DNA of 64,000 nucleotides from the NCBI GenBank assembly GCA_963805945.1, contig CAWDVP010000006.1, forward strand, positions 96,001 through 160,000, given 5' to 3'. The DNA is from Vulcanimicrobiota bacterium. Its GTDB lineage: Bacteria; Vulcanimicrobiota; Vulcanimicrobiia; Eremiobacterales; Eremiobacteraceae. The notes under the pieces were generated by a model, which was given only the letters and a program-made list of their open reading frames with translations, ran no database searches and was not told the DNA's origin. A program made the position numbers and the translations under genes. Shown here in pieces: positions 1-15,098 of this stretch (position 1 is the stretch's first letter; each line of letters begins with the position of its first letter).

Positions 1-920
1 GCCGGCCGTGCACGCCGGCGCAGCACTTCGGTCGGCGTGTCAGGCCCTGGGGCCTCGCGATCTTCATCGTCTCGTGCTTCGCCGCGTGAGACACGGCGCA
101 AGGCGGCGAGCACCTCGCCGGCCGATTGGTAGCGTTCGTGCGGCGCTTTGCGCAACAGCTTGGCGACGATGGCGGCCATGCCCGGGCTGACGGATGTCGA
201 GGCGTCCAGCGCTGGGGCCGGATCGTTGACGATCGACTCCGCGAGCGCGTCGTGGTCGGCGCCGGTGAAGGGCCGCGCGCCGGCCAGCATCTCGTAGAGC
301 ACCACGCCGACGCTGTAAAGATCGCTTGCCTCGCTGCTCGCGGCGCCGGTGAGCTGCTCGGGCGCGCAATACGGCAGCGAGCCCATGAGCGTGGAGAAGC
401 TTCCCGAGCTTCGCTCGGGCACCACAGCCTCCGAAACGGGCTGCGAGATCGCGTGGGCGATGCCGAAATCGGTGATGCGCACGACGTCGTCGCGCGTGAT
501 GAGGATGTTCGACGGCTTCACGTCGCGATGCACGACCTCTTGACGGTGCGCGGCGGCCAGCGCCGCGCAGATCTGCCGCGCGTAACGCACAGCGACCGAC
601 TCCGGCAGCCGACCTTGGCGTGCCTCGAGCGTCGCGAGGGTCTCACCCGCGACGTACTCCTCGACGATGTAGTGGTCGCCGTTCTCCTTGCCGACGTCGT
701 AGGTCTGGACGATGTTGGGATGCGACAGCTTGGCAGCTGCTTGGGCCTCGAAATCGAAACGTTCCACGAAGGCGGCGTCGGCCGAGAACTTCGGCCGCAG
801 CACCTTGATCGCGACCTGGCGGCGCAAGATGAGGTCGTAGCCGCGATAGACCACGGCCATGCCGCCCTCGCCGATTTTCGCGTCGAGCCGGTAGCGATTG
901 TTGTAGATGACGTCGGGCAA
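1..920 (-). CDS. Ser/Thr protein kinase (PknB-like), 3' end runs off window
   Basis: Manual translation MPDVIYNNRYRLDAKIGEGGMAVVY...VAIK...HRDVKPSN...DFG; TTG start with AAGGA RBS. Confidence 0.9.
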   Translation of the reverse strand, partial: MPDVIYNNRYRLDAKIGEGGMAVVYRGYDLILRRQVAIKVLRPKFSADAAFVERFDFEAQAAAKLSHPNIVQTYDVGKENGDHYIVEEYVAGETLATLEARQGRLPESVAVRYARQICAALAAAHRQEVVHRDVKPSNILITRDDVVRITDFGIAHAISQPVSEAVVPERSSGSFSTLMGSLPYCAPEQLTGAASSEASDLYSVGVVLYEMLAGARPFTGADHDALAESIVNDPAPALDASTSVSPGMAAIVAKLLRKAPHERYQSAGEVLAALRRVSRGEARDDEDREAPGPDTPTEVLRRRARP

Positions 921-931
921 CGTCGAATTCC

Positions 932-2329
932 TTACTTGTCGTAGAGCGGCAGCGCCGCGGTCAAGATGGCCTTCGCGATGGGCGCCGACACGGCGCCGCC
1001 GTAGCCGGCGTCCTCGATGATCACCGCGACCACGATCCGCGGGTGCTCCGCCGGGGCGAAGCACACGAACCACGCGTCCGGCGGCGCGCCGACGTGGGTG
1101 GCGGTGCCGGTCTTGCCCGCGACCGTCACCCCGTTCATTCGCGCCGCGGTGCCCGTACCTCTACGGACGACGGCGATCATCATGGTGCGCATCTCGTCGG
1201 CGGTCGTGCGCGAGAGCACGCGCTCCCACACCAGCGGCGGCAGCGACAAGCTGTGGGAACCTTGGCTGCGGAACTCCTTGACGAGCTGCGGGCGCATCAT
1301 GACGCCGCCGTTGGCGATGGTGGAGGTCACTAGCGCCATGCGCAGCGGCGTGACGGCGAGTCCGCCCTGGCCGAACGACATCTGCGCCAGCTCCGACGGC
1401 GAGACGGTCTCCTTGGCGGGCACCTCGTCGCGGGCAGCGGGGATGGCGAGCTGCGGATCGTCCCCGACATGAAAGCGGTGCAGGTACTCGTAGAAGCCGT
1501 CGAGTCCCAACCGCAGCCCGATCTGCGCGAAGTCGACATCGCTCGACGCCGCGAACGCGCCGATGAGGTTCTGCATGCCGGTGATCTCGTTCTTGTCGTT
1601 GCGCACGCGGAACGTGCCGACGGTGAAATAGCCGGGATCGATGAACGTATCCGTGGGCACCACGACGCCGCTGTCGAGCGCGGCGCTGCCGGTGAAGACC
1701 TTGAAGGTGGAACCCGGCGGGTATAGCCCGGCGAACGCGCGGTCCAGCAGCGGCGCGCTCGTGTTCGCCCGCAGGCTCTTCCACTGCGCGGCGAGGTCGT
1801 TCGGGTCGAAGGTCGGCCGGTTCACCGCCGCGAGGATCGCGCCGGTGCGCGGGTCCATCACGATCGCGCTGCCGCGCACGCCCGGCGGCATCGCGGCGTC
1901 GACCGCCTTGGCGATATCCGCGCGCAGCGTGAGCACGACGCTGCCGCCCATCTGGCTCGCGTGCGGATCGTCGCGGTGGAACAATCCGCCGCCGGCGGAG
2001 CTCGGCACTGCCGCGGTGAGCACGGAATCCAGCGCCGCTTCGAGCCCCGATTCGCCGTACACCGCGGAGGAGTAGCCGATGACCTGGGCCAGCGCGGGGC
2101 CGGTGCTGTAGACGCGGCGGGTGCCCTTGCTCTCGGCGAGCGCCACGCCGCTGGCATCGAGCAGCCGGCCGCGGAACTCGTTGCTCAAGCTGCGACGAGG
2201 ATTGCCGGGCCGCTGATCGATGGAGGCGCGCTGGATGATCTGCACGCGCACTTCCTGCGCGGCGAGCACCACGAAGAGCGCGATGAAGACGAGGACGATG
2301 CGCGTGAGGCGCCCCTGCGGCGTGCGCAC
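932..2329 (-). CDS. Penicillin-binding protein, transpeptidase (PbpA-like)
   Basis: PPGSTFK (SxxK), SSD, KTG motifs; N-terminal TM segment; GTG start 1 nt after carB stop. Confidence 0.9.
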   Translation of the reverse strand: MRTPQGRLTRIVLVFIALFVVLAAQEVRVQIIQRASIDQRPGNPRRSLSNEFRGRLLDASGVALAESKGTRRVYSTGPALAQVIGYSSAVYGESGLEAALDSVLTAAVPSSAGGGLFHRDDPHASQMGGSVVLTLRADIAKAVDAAMPPGVRGSAIVMDPRTGAILAAVNRPTFDPNDLAAQWKSLRANTSAPLLDRAFAGLYPPGSTFKVFTGSAALDSGVVVPTDTFIDPGYFTVGTFRVRNDKNEITGMQNLIGAFAASSDVDFAQIGLRLGLDGFYEYLHRFHVGDDPQLAIPAARDEVPAKETVSPSELAQMSFGQGGLAVTPLRMALVTSTIANGGVMMRPQLVKEFRSQGSHSLSLPPLVWERVLSRTTADEMRTMMIAVVRRGTGTAARMNGVTVAGKTGTATHVGAPPDAWFVCFAPAEHPRIVVAVIIEDAGYGGAVSAPIAKAILTAALPLYDK

Positions 2330-2330
2330 G

Positions 2331-5554
<3,224 letters not shown>

Positions 5555-5558
<4 letters not shown>

Positions 5559-6634
5559 CGCAGGCTCCTCACGAAGTCGGCGAACAGGTGGCGCGCGTCG
5601 GTCGGTCCGGGCGATGCTTCGGGATGGAACTGCACGGATTCGATGGGAAGGCTGCGATGACGCAGGCCTTCGTTCGTTTCGTCGTTGAGGTTGATCATCG
5701 TCTGCTCGACGTCGGGCGGCAGCGATGCGGCGTCGACGGCGTAGCCGTGGTTCTGCGCGGTGATGATGACGTCGCCCGTGCCGAGGCGTTGCACCGGCTG
5801 ATTGCCGCCGCGGTGGCCGTACTTGAGCTTGTACGTCTTCGCGCCGAGCGCGAGCGCGAGCACTTGATGGCCGAGGCAGATGCCGAAGGTCGGCAGCTTG
5901 CCGTAGGCGACGACCTTGCGCAACGTGTCGATGGTGCCGGTGAGCTCCGAGGGATCGCCCGGCCCGTTGCTCACCACCAGGCCGTCGGGCTTCAATCTGA
6001 GGATGTCGTCGAAGCTCGCGTCGAACGGCGCCTCGACCACTTCCGCGCCGGCCGCGGCCAGGCAATCGGCGATGTTCTCCTTCGCGCCGCAGTCAAGCAG
6101 CGCGACGCGCACTTTGCCGCCGCTGCGGTCCAGCTCCGAGCCGCTCTCCACCGCGCGCACCAGGTCCGGCGTTGATAGCGGCGCCTCGAGGTATTTCTTG
6201 AGCGCTTCGGGCGCTTGCGCGATCGCCTTCTCCCCGACGGCGAGCACGGAGCGCATGGTGCCGGCCTCGCGCAGCCGGATGACGAGCGCGCGGGTATCGA
6301 CGCCTTCGATGCCGCGCACGCCGCCCGCCGCCATCCACTCGTCGAGCCGCCCGTGGCTGCCGTGGTGGCTCGGGTGCTTGCTGACGCGCTTGAACACGGC
6401 GCCGGCGGCGCAGATGGTCTTGTGCTGCCGCACCGCGGGGTCGATGCCGTAGTTGCCGATGAGCGGGTAGCAGAACACGATGATCTGGCCCGCGTACGAC
6501 GGATCGGTGAGCGCCTCTTCGTAGCCGGTGACGCCGGTGAAGAACACCGCCTCGCCGAGCGACAAGCCCTCCGGCCCGATGCCGCTGCCGGCGTACGTCG
6601 TGCCGTCTGCGAGCAGCAGCGCGGCCTGTGTCAC
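5555..6634 (-). CDS. carA: Carbamoyl-phosphate synthase small subunit
   Basis: TDPSYAGQI, SNGPGDP, GICLGHQ, QFHPEASPGP. Confidence 0.97.
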
Positions 6635-8004
6635 TTCGATGGCCCTGGAGCGGGCGCGCCCGAAGACGGAGCGGTCGAATTTATTCGACCGCCCGCGGCG
6701 ACGGGCCGTTCCGGATCCCGATGCACGATCGCCCCGCCCACGACGGTGAGCGCGGGCCGCACTTTGAACGTCTTGCCGGCGAACGGCGTGACGTGGCCGA
6801 GCGAGAGGAACTTCTCCGGCTCGACGACCCACGGACGATCGAGGTACAGGCCGGTGATGTCGGCTGGTGCGCCGAGCGCGAGCGTGCCGCCGCGCACGCC
6901 GAGCAGCGCCGCGACATTGCTCGAGAAGTTCGCGACCATCGTCTTGAGCGCCACGTCCGGGAGCGCGTCGAAGGTCGCGCCGACCGCGACCTCGAGCCCG
7001 GAGAAGCCGACGCAGGCGTGCGAGAGGGGCGGTTCTTTCTCGGACGCGGCGTGAGGCGCGTGATCGCTGGCGAACACGGTGATGGTGCCGTCGGCGACTG
7101 CTTCGCGCATGGCGGTGACGTCCGCCGGCGAGCGCAACGGCGGGTTGACGCGCATCGCGGCGTCGAAGCCGCGCAGCGCCTCGTGCGAGCATTGGAGATG
7201 GTGCGGCGTGACTTCCGCGGTCGCGCGCACGCCGTTGGTCCGCGCCCAACGCAAGACGTCGAGGGTCATGCGCGTGCTCACGTGGCAGAGGTGCCAGCGC
7301 TTGCCCGTGGCCTGGGCCACGAGCAGGTCGCGTGCGGCGATGGCCGCTTCGGCGAGCGCGGGCGAACCGGGTACCCCGAGCAGATCGCTGATCTCGCCCT
7401 CGTGCATGAGCGCGCCGGCGAAGCTCGGATCGTCGCAGTGCGACATGAACGGCTGGGGCAGATCGGCGACGAGTTTCGCCGCGTGATAGAGCGCTTTGAG
7501 CGACGACGTCGCCGCGCCGTCATCGGAGAAGGCGACCGCACCGGCAGCGGCCATCGAACGCAGCGCAGCGAGCGCCACGCCCTCGCGGCCGAGGGTGACC
7601 GCGCCGATCGGATAGCAGCGTGCGCCGCGCAGCGCAGCGGCATCTTTGATGAGCCGCGACACGCGAGCGGCATCGTCCATCGCCGGCCTCGTGTTCGGCA
7701 TCGCGGCGACGGCGGTGAAACCGCCAGCGGCCGCTGCCGCGAGCGCGGTGCGCAGTGTCTCTTTGTGGGTGTCGCCAGGCTCGCGCACGTGGACGTGCGG
7801 GTCGATGAAGCCGGGGCACAGCACCATGCCGCGGCAGTCCACGCGCTCGCTGTGCGGATCAGGCGCCGAAGGCGCGTCGGCAAGCAGCGCGGTGACGACG
7901 CCGTTGCGGATGACGATGGTGCGGATCGCGTCGAGACCGAGCACCGGGTCCACCACGCGCGCGCCGACGAGGTCGCGGTTCTCGGGCTTGAGTTGCGTGC
8001 TCAT
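6631..8004 (-). CDS. pyrC: Dihydroorotase
   Basis: PGFIDPHVHVREPG, AMPNT, VNPPLR, SDHAPH. Confidence 0.95.
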   Translation of the reverse strand: MSTQLKPENRDLVGARVVDPVLGLDAIRTIVIRNGVVTALLADAPSAPDPHSERVDCRGMVLCPGFIDPHVHVREPGDTHKETLRTALAAAAAGGFTAVAAMPNTRPAMDDAARVSRLIKDAAALRGARCYPIGAVTLGREGVALAALRSMAAAGAVAFSDDGAATSSLKALYHAAKLVADLPQPFMSHCDDPSFAGALMHEGEISDLLGVPGSPALAEAAIAARDLLVAQATGKRWHLCHVSTRMTLDVLRWARTNGVRATAEVTPHHLQCSHEALRGFDAAMRVNPPLRSPADVTAMREAVADGTITVFASDHAPHAASEKEPPLSHACVGFSGLEVAVGATFDALPDVALKTMVANFSSNVAALLGVRGGTLALGAPADITGLYLDRPWVVEPEKFLSLGHVTPFAGKTFKVRPALTVVGGAIVHRDPERPVAAGGRINSTAPSSGAPAPGPSK

Positions 8005-8942
8005 CGCATGCGCTCCGGCGCCGGGCGATCCTGGCCGCGGCCCAGCGCGCGTTCGAGCACCGCCATGCGGGCGAACACGCCGTTGCCGACCTGCCGCTCG
8101 ATGCGGCTGCGCTCGTGCGTCACGAGCGCGTCTTCGATCTCGAGCCCGCGGTTGACCGGACCGGGGTGCATGATGATCGCATGTTGCGGAAGTTTGGCGA
8201 GCCTCTCGGCGGTGAGTCCGTAGCCGGCCGTGAGGTCCTCGAACGGGGGCAGCTCGGTACCGTCGGCGCGTTCTTTTTGGATGCGCAGCAGCATGAGCGC
8301 GTCGGCGGTCGGCAAGCACGTCTCGAGGTCGGTCGACAAGTCTGCGAAACCCCAGCCGGGCGCCGAGAGCGTGAGCAGCAAGGGCGGTGCGCACAGCGTC
8401 ACGCGCGCGCCGAGCAGCGAGGCGGCGCGGCCGGACGAGCGCGCGACGCGGCTATGCCTGACGTCGCCCGCGATCACCAGCCTTCGGCCCTCGAGACTGC
8501 CGAGCTCTTCTACCAGCGTCATGGCGTCGAGGACGCCTTGCGTCGGATGCGCGTGCCAGCCGTCACCCGCGTTGATGACCGAACCTTCGAAGTGTCGCGC
8601 CAGCGCGTGCGGAAAACCGCTCTCCTCGTGGCGCACGACGATCGCATCGGCGCCGAGCGCGCGGATGGTGCGCATCGTGTCCTCGAGCGTCTCGCCTTTG
8701 CTCAGGCTCGAGCCGGCGGTGTCGAAGCTCAGCCAGTGCGCACCGAGCTGCTGCGCCGCCATGGCGAAGGAGTTGGCCGTCCGAGTGCTCGCCTCGAAGA
8801 ACATGCCGACGATGGTGCGCCCGCGCAACCGCACGCCCGCGTCGGGGACACCCTTCTTGAACGCGTGCGCGCGCACGATCAACGCCTCGAGGAGCGGTCG
8901 CTGCGCGTCGTCGAGGTCGAGGAAGTGCTGCGCGGCTGTCAT
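8001..8942 (-). CDS. pyrB: Aspartate carbamoyltransferase catalytic subunit
   Basis: FFEASTRT, HPTQ, MHPGPVNRG. Confidence 0.97.
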   Translation of the reverse strand: MTAAQHFLDLDDAQRPLLEALIVRAHAFKKGVPDAGVRLRGRTIVGMFFEASTRTANSFAMAAQQLGAHWLSFDTAGSSLSKGETLEDTMRTIRALGADAIVVRHEESGFPHALARHFEGSVINAGDGWHAHPTQGVLDAMTLVEELGSLEGRRLVIAGDVRHSRVARSSGRAASLLGARVTLCAPPLLLTLSAPGWGFADLSTDLETCLPTADALMLLRIQKERADGTELPPFEDLTAGYGLTAERLAKLPQHAIIMHPGPVNRGLEIEDALVTHERSRIERQVGNGVFARMAVLERALGRGQDRPAPERMR

Positions 8943-9493
8943 CGCGGCCCGTAGATGATCACGCGGTCTTCATCGCTCGGCTCCGCGCGCAGTTCGACGT
9001 CGACGTGCTCGGTGCGCGAGGTCGGGAGGAAGCGCCCACAGTAATCGGCTTGGATCGGCAGCTCGCGCAAGCCGCGATCGATGAGCACGCACAGGCGGGC
9101 GGCCTGCGGGCGGCCCATGTCGGTGATGGCGTCGAGGGCGCTGCGGATGGTGCGGCCGGTGAAGAGCACGTCGTCGACGATGACGACCTCTTTGCCGGCG
9201 ATGTCATCGGCGATGTCGCTCTCGGGCATCTCGCGCTGCGCCGCATCGTCGCGGTAGAGATTGATGTTCAGGAAGCCGACGGGGACGTCGACGCCGTGGC
9301 GGCGCTTGATCTCGGCATGGATCCGCCGGACGAGGTTCTCGCCGCCCTTGCGGATGCCGATGAGGATGAGGTTGGAGGAGGCGCCGTTGGGCTCGACGAT
9401 GGCTTGGGCGAGGCGCTCGATCGTGCGCTGCAGTTGGGCAGCAGAAAGCACGACGCGCTTTTCCTTCAGCGTGTCGTCCTTTGTCGAACTCAA
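8939..9493 (-). CDS. pyrR: Bifunctional pyr operon regulator / uracil phosphoribosyltransferase
   Basis: VDDVLFTGRTIR, DRGLRELPIQADY. Confidence 0.95.
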   Translation of the reverse strand: MSSTKDDTLKEKRVVLSAAQLQRTIERLAQAIVEPNGASSNLILIGIRKGGENLVRRIHAEIKRRHGVDVPVGFLNINLYRDDAAQREMPESDIADDIAGKEVVIVDDVLFTGRTIRSALDAITDMGRPQAARLCVLIDRGLRELPIQADYCGRFLPTSRTEHVDVELRAEPSDEDRVIIYGPR

Positions 9494-9593
9494 TCCGGTA
9501 TCCAGCCCTTTCGCGTCGATTTCGGGTCGTACGGGTCGGACTTATGTATTCTCAATCGGCCCTTGGCGGGCCTGCCCTATTGCCTAAGACCCA

Positions 9594-9620
9594 TGTAGGG
9601 GCCGACCTTTAGGTCGGCCC
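9594..9620 (+). repeat. REP-like palindrome, family B
   Basis: TGTAGGGGCCGACCTTTAGGTCGGCCC. Confidence 0.8.
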
Positions 9621-10417
9621 TTTCGTATGCCGCCATCCGGTGCGCACCATGAGCCGCTCGAGGGGCCAGGGCCAGACGGCATGCAGCGCGAGCATCATGC
9701 GGAGCGCGAACGGGAGCACGACCAGCGCGCTGCCCCGCTCGACGCGCGCGGACGATCGCGGCGGCGACCTGCTCCGGGGTCAGCACGGGGAAGAACTTGC
9801 CGGCGCGCGGCAGACGCGCCGCCGTCCCCGGATTGGCGTCGAAGTAAGCGCTCCGGACCTCGCCCGGCACGACCAGGGTGACGCCGATCCCGGTGCCGTC
9901 CAGATCGGCGCGTAGCGCGGCGGTGAAGCCGCGCATGGCGAAGCGCGCCGCAGTATAGCCTGTCGCCCCCGGCCATGGCGCGAACGAGCCGGGCGAGCCC
10001 ATATTCACGATGCGGCCACTGCCGCGGGCGAGCATCTCCGGCATGAACGCGCGCGTGAGGCCGAATGCGGCGAAGTATGGCGCACGCCATCATCTGCTCC
10101 GCCTCGCCGGGCGGCGTCTCTTCGGTGAACAGCCAGCGGCCGGCGCCCGCGTTGTTGACGATGATATCGGGGATGCCGATGTCGTGCTTGATCGCGGTAG
10201 TCGTGCGCTCCAGCGCCTGCGCGTCGGTCAAATCGACATCGTACGCCGTGGCGCGTCCGCCCTGTCCTGTTATCTCTGTGACGATTTGATCGAGCGCGTC
10301 ACGACGCCGCGCCAGGAGCACCACTTGGGCGCCTTTGGCTGCAAACGCGAAGGTAGTCGCTTTGCCGATGCCGCTCGACGCGCCGGAGATGACGGCGAGC
10401 GTTCCAGGCAGTTTCAA
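9609..10417 (-). CDS. SDR family oxidoreductase with two apparent +1 frameshifts (~10080, ~9750)
   Basis: ISGASSGIG, NNAG in one frame, YTAAR and VVPG in the next; pseudogene or sequencing error. Confidence 0.8.
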
Positions 10418-10875
10418 CGGTCGAGATTGCCGCTGGAGTCCATGGACCACGTGGATAGAGTGGACGCCGGGCTAAAGCGGCGGTAGCAGTGATCTATGAA
10501 TCGCTGCGTCGTGAGCTCGACGACCACGCTGGTCACTTGGTCCGCCCACACTTTGGCGTACGCGATGCACCAGGTCCGATAGCCTTCCTTGGCAGGAAGG
10601 AGGTAGTAATGTCCGGGCGGGAGCGAGACGAATGAAAAGAACCACCCCTGTGCATCGGCAGTCGTCGCGTACTCACCAAAGTCACCGTGCACGACGACCT
10701 TGGCGAACGGAACCCGCGGCATCGGTCGAGCGCATGGGATAGCCTGTCCGCAGTCGTACACAGTGCCGTTGACCACCCCTGTCGTGCCCGCGAAGCCGAT
10801 CGTCGGCACCGCCGCGACGATGATCGACACAATGGCGAACAGACCGAGTCGTCTTGACCGCATCAACTTCATCAT
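10414..10875 (-). CDS. Secreted protein with carboxypeptidase-regulatory-like (beta-sandwich) domain
   Basis: Signal peptide, TGVVNGTV...TDAQG...SLPPGHY...KEGY pattern. Confidence 0.65.
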   Translation of the reverse strand: MMKLMRSRRLGLFAIVSIIVAAVPTIGFAGTTGVVNGTVYDCGQAIPCARPMPRVPFAKVVVHGDFGEYATTADAQGWFFSFVSLPPGHYYLLPAKEGYRTWCIAYAKVWADQVTSVVVELTTQRFIDHCYRRFSPASTLSTWSMDSSGNLDR

Positions 10876-13490
10876 AGAGAGCGCAGGCGGTCGCGGCTTA
10901 GTTCGATGCCGGCCCGCAGCTCGCCGAGGCGCGTGCGTTCTTTGGCGACGACCGCTGGCGGCGCTTTGTCGACGAAGTTCGTCTGCAGCTTGCGCTCGAT
11001 GCCTGCCGCCTCGGCCTCCGCGCCGGCGATCTCCTTGTCCAGCGCGGCGCGCTCTTTGTCCACGAACGCGGCGTCGACCGGCAAGAGGATCTCGACCGCG
11101 CCTAAACGCCGCGACACAGCGTGCGTCGGCCGGCCGTCTGCACCCTTCGGCGCGTTGATCTTCTCCGCGCGCCCCAACCGCATCACGACGCCGCGCTCGC
11201 GCTCGAGCAACGTCAGCAGCTGGTCATCGGCGCCGAGCACCGTCACGTCGCGCAGCTCGCGGAACGGTAGCTTCGGCAGCGCGCGCAGCATGCGCACCGC
11301 GTCGACGAACTCGAGCACGCGCGTCATCTCGGCGCGCGCCACGTCATCTTGGTGGCCGGCTTCGGCTGGCCAGGCCGAGCGCTCGATGAGCCCGTCAGAA
11401 CCAAGCCTATGCCCCAGCTCCTCGCTGACGAACGGCATGATCGGGTGGATCAGCTGCATGCACGTGGCCAGCACGGAGTTCAAGATCGGCGCGCGCGTCG
11501 GCGCCTTATCCTTGGCGATCTCGATGTAGACGTCGCAGACCTGGTACCAGATGAAGGCATAGAGCAGTTGCGACGCCTCGGCGAAGTCGTAGGTGTCGAG
11601 CGCTTGCGTGACCCGCCTTGCGGTCAGGGCGAGCGCGTCCATGATCCAGCGATCCGGAAGAGTCCACTCGTCGACCGCTGGCAATGGAGCGGTCGAATTC
11701 AGTCGACCGTCCGCCAAGTCGATCGCGAAGCGCACCGCCTGCCATATCTTGTTGCAGAACTTGCGCGCGTCGTCGCACTTCCCGATGGCGAAGCGCACGT
11801 CTTGCGTTCCGTGCATCTGCCCGACGACGCCGAAGCGGGTCGCGTCCGCGCCGTACGACGCGATGAGGTCCATCGGGTCGAGCGCGTTGCCGAGCGACTT
11901 GCTCATCTTGCGGCCCTGCTCGTCGAGGATGAGCGGTGTGATGAGGACTTCGTGGAACGGGATGTCGCCGGCGAAGTGGATGCCGAACATCACCATGCGC
12001 GCCACCCAGTTGAAGATGATCTCGCGCGCGGTGAGCAGCAGCTGGTTGGGATACCAGGCGGCGAGCTCCGGCGTGTGCTCGGGCCAGCCGAGGATCGCGA
12101 ACGGCCACAGACCGCTGGAGAACCACGTGTCGAGCGTGTCCTCGTCCTGCTGCAGTTCGGTCGAGTTGCACTCACCGCACGCATGCGGCGCGCTCTCCGC
12201 GACCGTCACGTGGCCGTGCTGGCAATACCAGACGGGCAGACGGTGGCCCCACCAGATCTGGCGCGAGATGCACCAATCGCGGATGTGCTCGAGCCAATCG
12301 TCGTATGTGCGCTGATAGCGCTCCGGCGTGAAGCGCAGGCGCCCCTTGCGCGACGCCTCCAGCGCCGGCTCGGCGAGCGGCTTGATCTTGACGAACCACT
12401 GCAGCGAGAGCAGCGGCTCGACCACGGTGTCGCAGCGGTAGCACGTGCCCGTGTTGACGGTGTACGCCTCTTCTTTCACCAGGGCACCGCGTTCGCGCAG
12501 CAGCGCGACGGCGCGCTTGCGCGCCTCGAAGCGATCCAGCCCCGCGAACTCCGGCTCGACGGCATCGGTCATCTTCGCGTCGGGGCCGATTACGGAGAGC
12601 GCGGCCAAACCGTGGCGTTCGCCGATCTCCGCGTCGGTCTGGTCGTGGCCGGGCGTGATCTTCAGCGCGCCGGTGCCGAACGCACGTTCCACGGCCGCGT
12701 CGGCGATGACCGGGATCGGGTGGCGCGAGAGCGGCCGCATGACGAGCCGCCCGATAAGCGGGATATAACGCTCGTCTTCGGGATGCACCGCGACCGCCAC
12801 GTCGGCGAAGATCGTCTCGGGGCGCGTCGTCGCGACCACGGCGCCTTCGCCGCCGTCCTCGCCGCGATAGCGCACGTAGTAGAGCGTGCCTTGCGACTCT
12901 TCATGCTCGACTTCGGTGTCGGCAAGCGTCGTCGCGCAACGCGGGCACCAATTCACCAGGCGCGTGCCGCGGTAGATGAGCCCCTCGTGATAGAGCTGCA
13001 CGAACACCTTGAGGACGGCTCTGCTCAGGCCTTCGTCCATGGTGTAGCGATCGCGCTGCCAATCGGGGCCGAAGCCGAGCGCGCGGAACTGGTCGTAGAG
13101 GATGCCGCCGTAGAGCGTGCGCCACTCGCGCGCGCGCTGGATGAAGGCCTCACGACCGAGATCGAAACGCGTCAGCCCCTCTTTCGCCAGTTCTTTTTCG
13201 ATGACGTTCTGCGTGGCGATCGCCGCATGGTCCTGACCGGGCAGCCACACGGCATTCTCGCCGCGCATGCGGTGGTAGCGCGTGAGGATGTCCATCGCGG
13301 TGTAGGTGGAGCCGTGGCCCATGTGCGCGCGGCCGGTGATGTTCGGCGGCGGCATGGAGATGACGAACGGCGGCCGTGACGGGTCGGGCTCAGCGTGGAA
13401 GAGGCCGTCGGCTTCCCAGACGGCATACCACGACGCCTCGATCGCGCCGGGATCATACTTGTCGAGCATGGGCTTGTCGGGCGGCGCCAT
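10872..13490 (-). CDS. valS: Valine--tRNA ligase
   Basis: PPPNITGRAHMGH, WCISRQIWWGH, KMSKS. Confidence 0.97.
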   Translation of the reverse strand: MAPPDKPMLDKYDPGAIEASWYAVWEADGLFHAEPDPSRPPFVISMPPPNITGRAHMGHGSTYTAMDILTRYHRMRGENAVWLPGQDHAAIATQNVIEKELAKEGLTRFDLGREAFIQRAREWRTLYGGILYDQFRALGFGPDWQRDRYTMDEGLSRAVLKVFVQLYHEGLIYRGTRLVNWCPRCATTLADTEVEHEESQGTLYYVRYRGEDGGEGAVVATTRPETIFADVAVAVHPEDERYIPLIGRLVMRPLSRHPIPVIADAAVERAFGTGALKITPGHDQTDAEIGERHGLAALSVIGPDAKMTDAVEPEFAGLDRFEARKRAVALLRERGALVKEEAYTVNTGTCYRCDTVVEPLLSLQWFVKIKPLAEPALEASRKGRLRFTPERYQRTYDDWLEHIRDWCISRQIWWGHRLPVWYCQHGHVTVAESAPHACGECNSTELQQDEDTLDTWFSSGLWPFAILGWPEHTPELAAWYPNQLLLTAREIIFNWVARMVMFGIHFAGDIPFHEVLITPLILDEQGRKMSKSLGNALDPMDLIASYGADATRFGVVGQMHGTQDVRFAIGKCDDARKFCNKIWQAVRFAIDLADGRLNSTAPLPAVDEWTLPDRWIMDALALTARRVTQALDTYDFAEASQLLYAFIWYQVCDVYIEIAKDKAPTRAPILNSVLATCMQLIHPIMPFVSEELGHRLGSDGLIERSAWPAEAGHQDDVARAEMTRVLEFVDAVRMLRALPKLPFRELRDVTVLGADDQLLTLLERERGVVMRLGRAEKINAPKGADGRPTHAVSRRLGAVEILLPVDAAFVDKERAALDKEIAGAEAEAAGIERKLQTNFVDKAPPAVVAKERTRLGELRAGIELSRDRLRSL

Positions 13491-13548
13491 GCGCCTTTTC
13501 TTCGTGTGGCGCGCCGGAGGCCCTTGCTAGGCCGAGGCGGTCAGCCTA

Positions 13549-13647
13549 TCAGTGCGGTCCCAGCGGCGTCTTGACCCGGAGCGTTTGAAAGATAACGACA
13601 CCGAGGGATGCGAGTAAGGCTGACGCGGACAACATTGTCCAATGCAT
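13549..13647 (-). CDS. Putative 32-aa hydrophobic small protein
   Basis: AAAGGAG RBS then ATG; MHWTMLSASALLASLGVVIFQTLRVKTPLGPH. Confidence 0.55.
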   Translation of the reverse strand: MHWTMLSASALLASLGVVIFQTLRVKTPLGPH

Positions 13648-13789
13648 ATGATCTCCTTTGCTTAGAACCGCGGGACACGAGAAGATGAACCACGTGTCCG
13701 TAGCTCTATCACTCCGGAGTGATTGAAGGTCTAGCACGGGTAGGTACGAGCCGCGAGCCTAGCGCGAGACTGGCATCGCTTTGAATGGG

Positions 13790-15052
<1,263 letters not shown>

Positions 15053-15057
15053 ACACC

Positions 15058-15087
15058 TCTCCCCGAGCTCCGCTCGGGCACTACTTC
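15058..15087 (-). repeat. REP-like hairpin family C, upstream of clpX
   Basis: GAAGTAGTGCCCGAGCGGAGCTCGGGGAGA; 29/30 identical to 15735-15764. Confidence 0.85.
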
Positions 15088-15098
15088 CAGTAGTAGAC

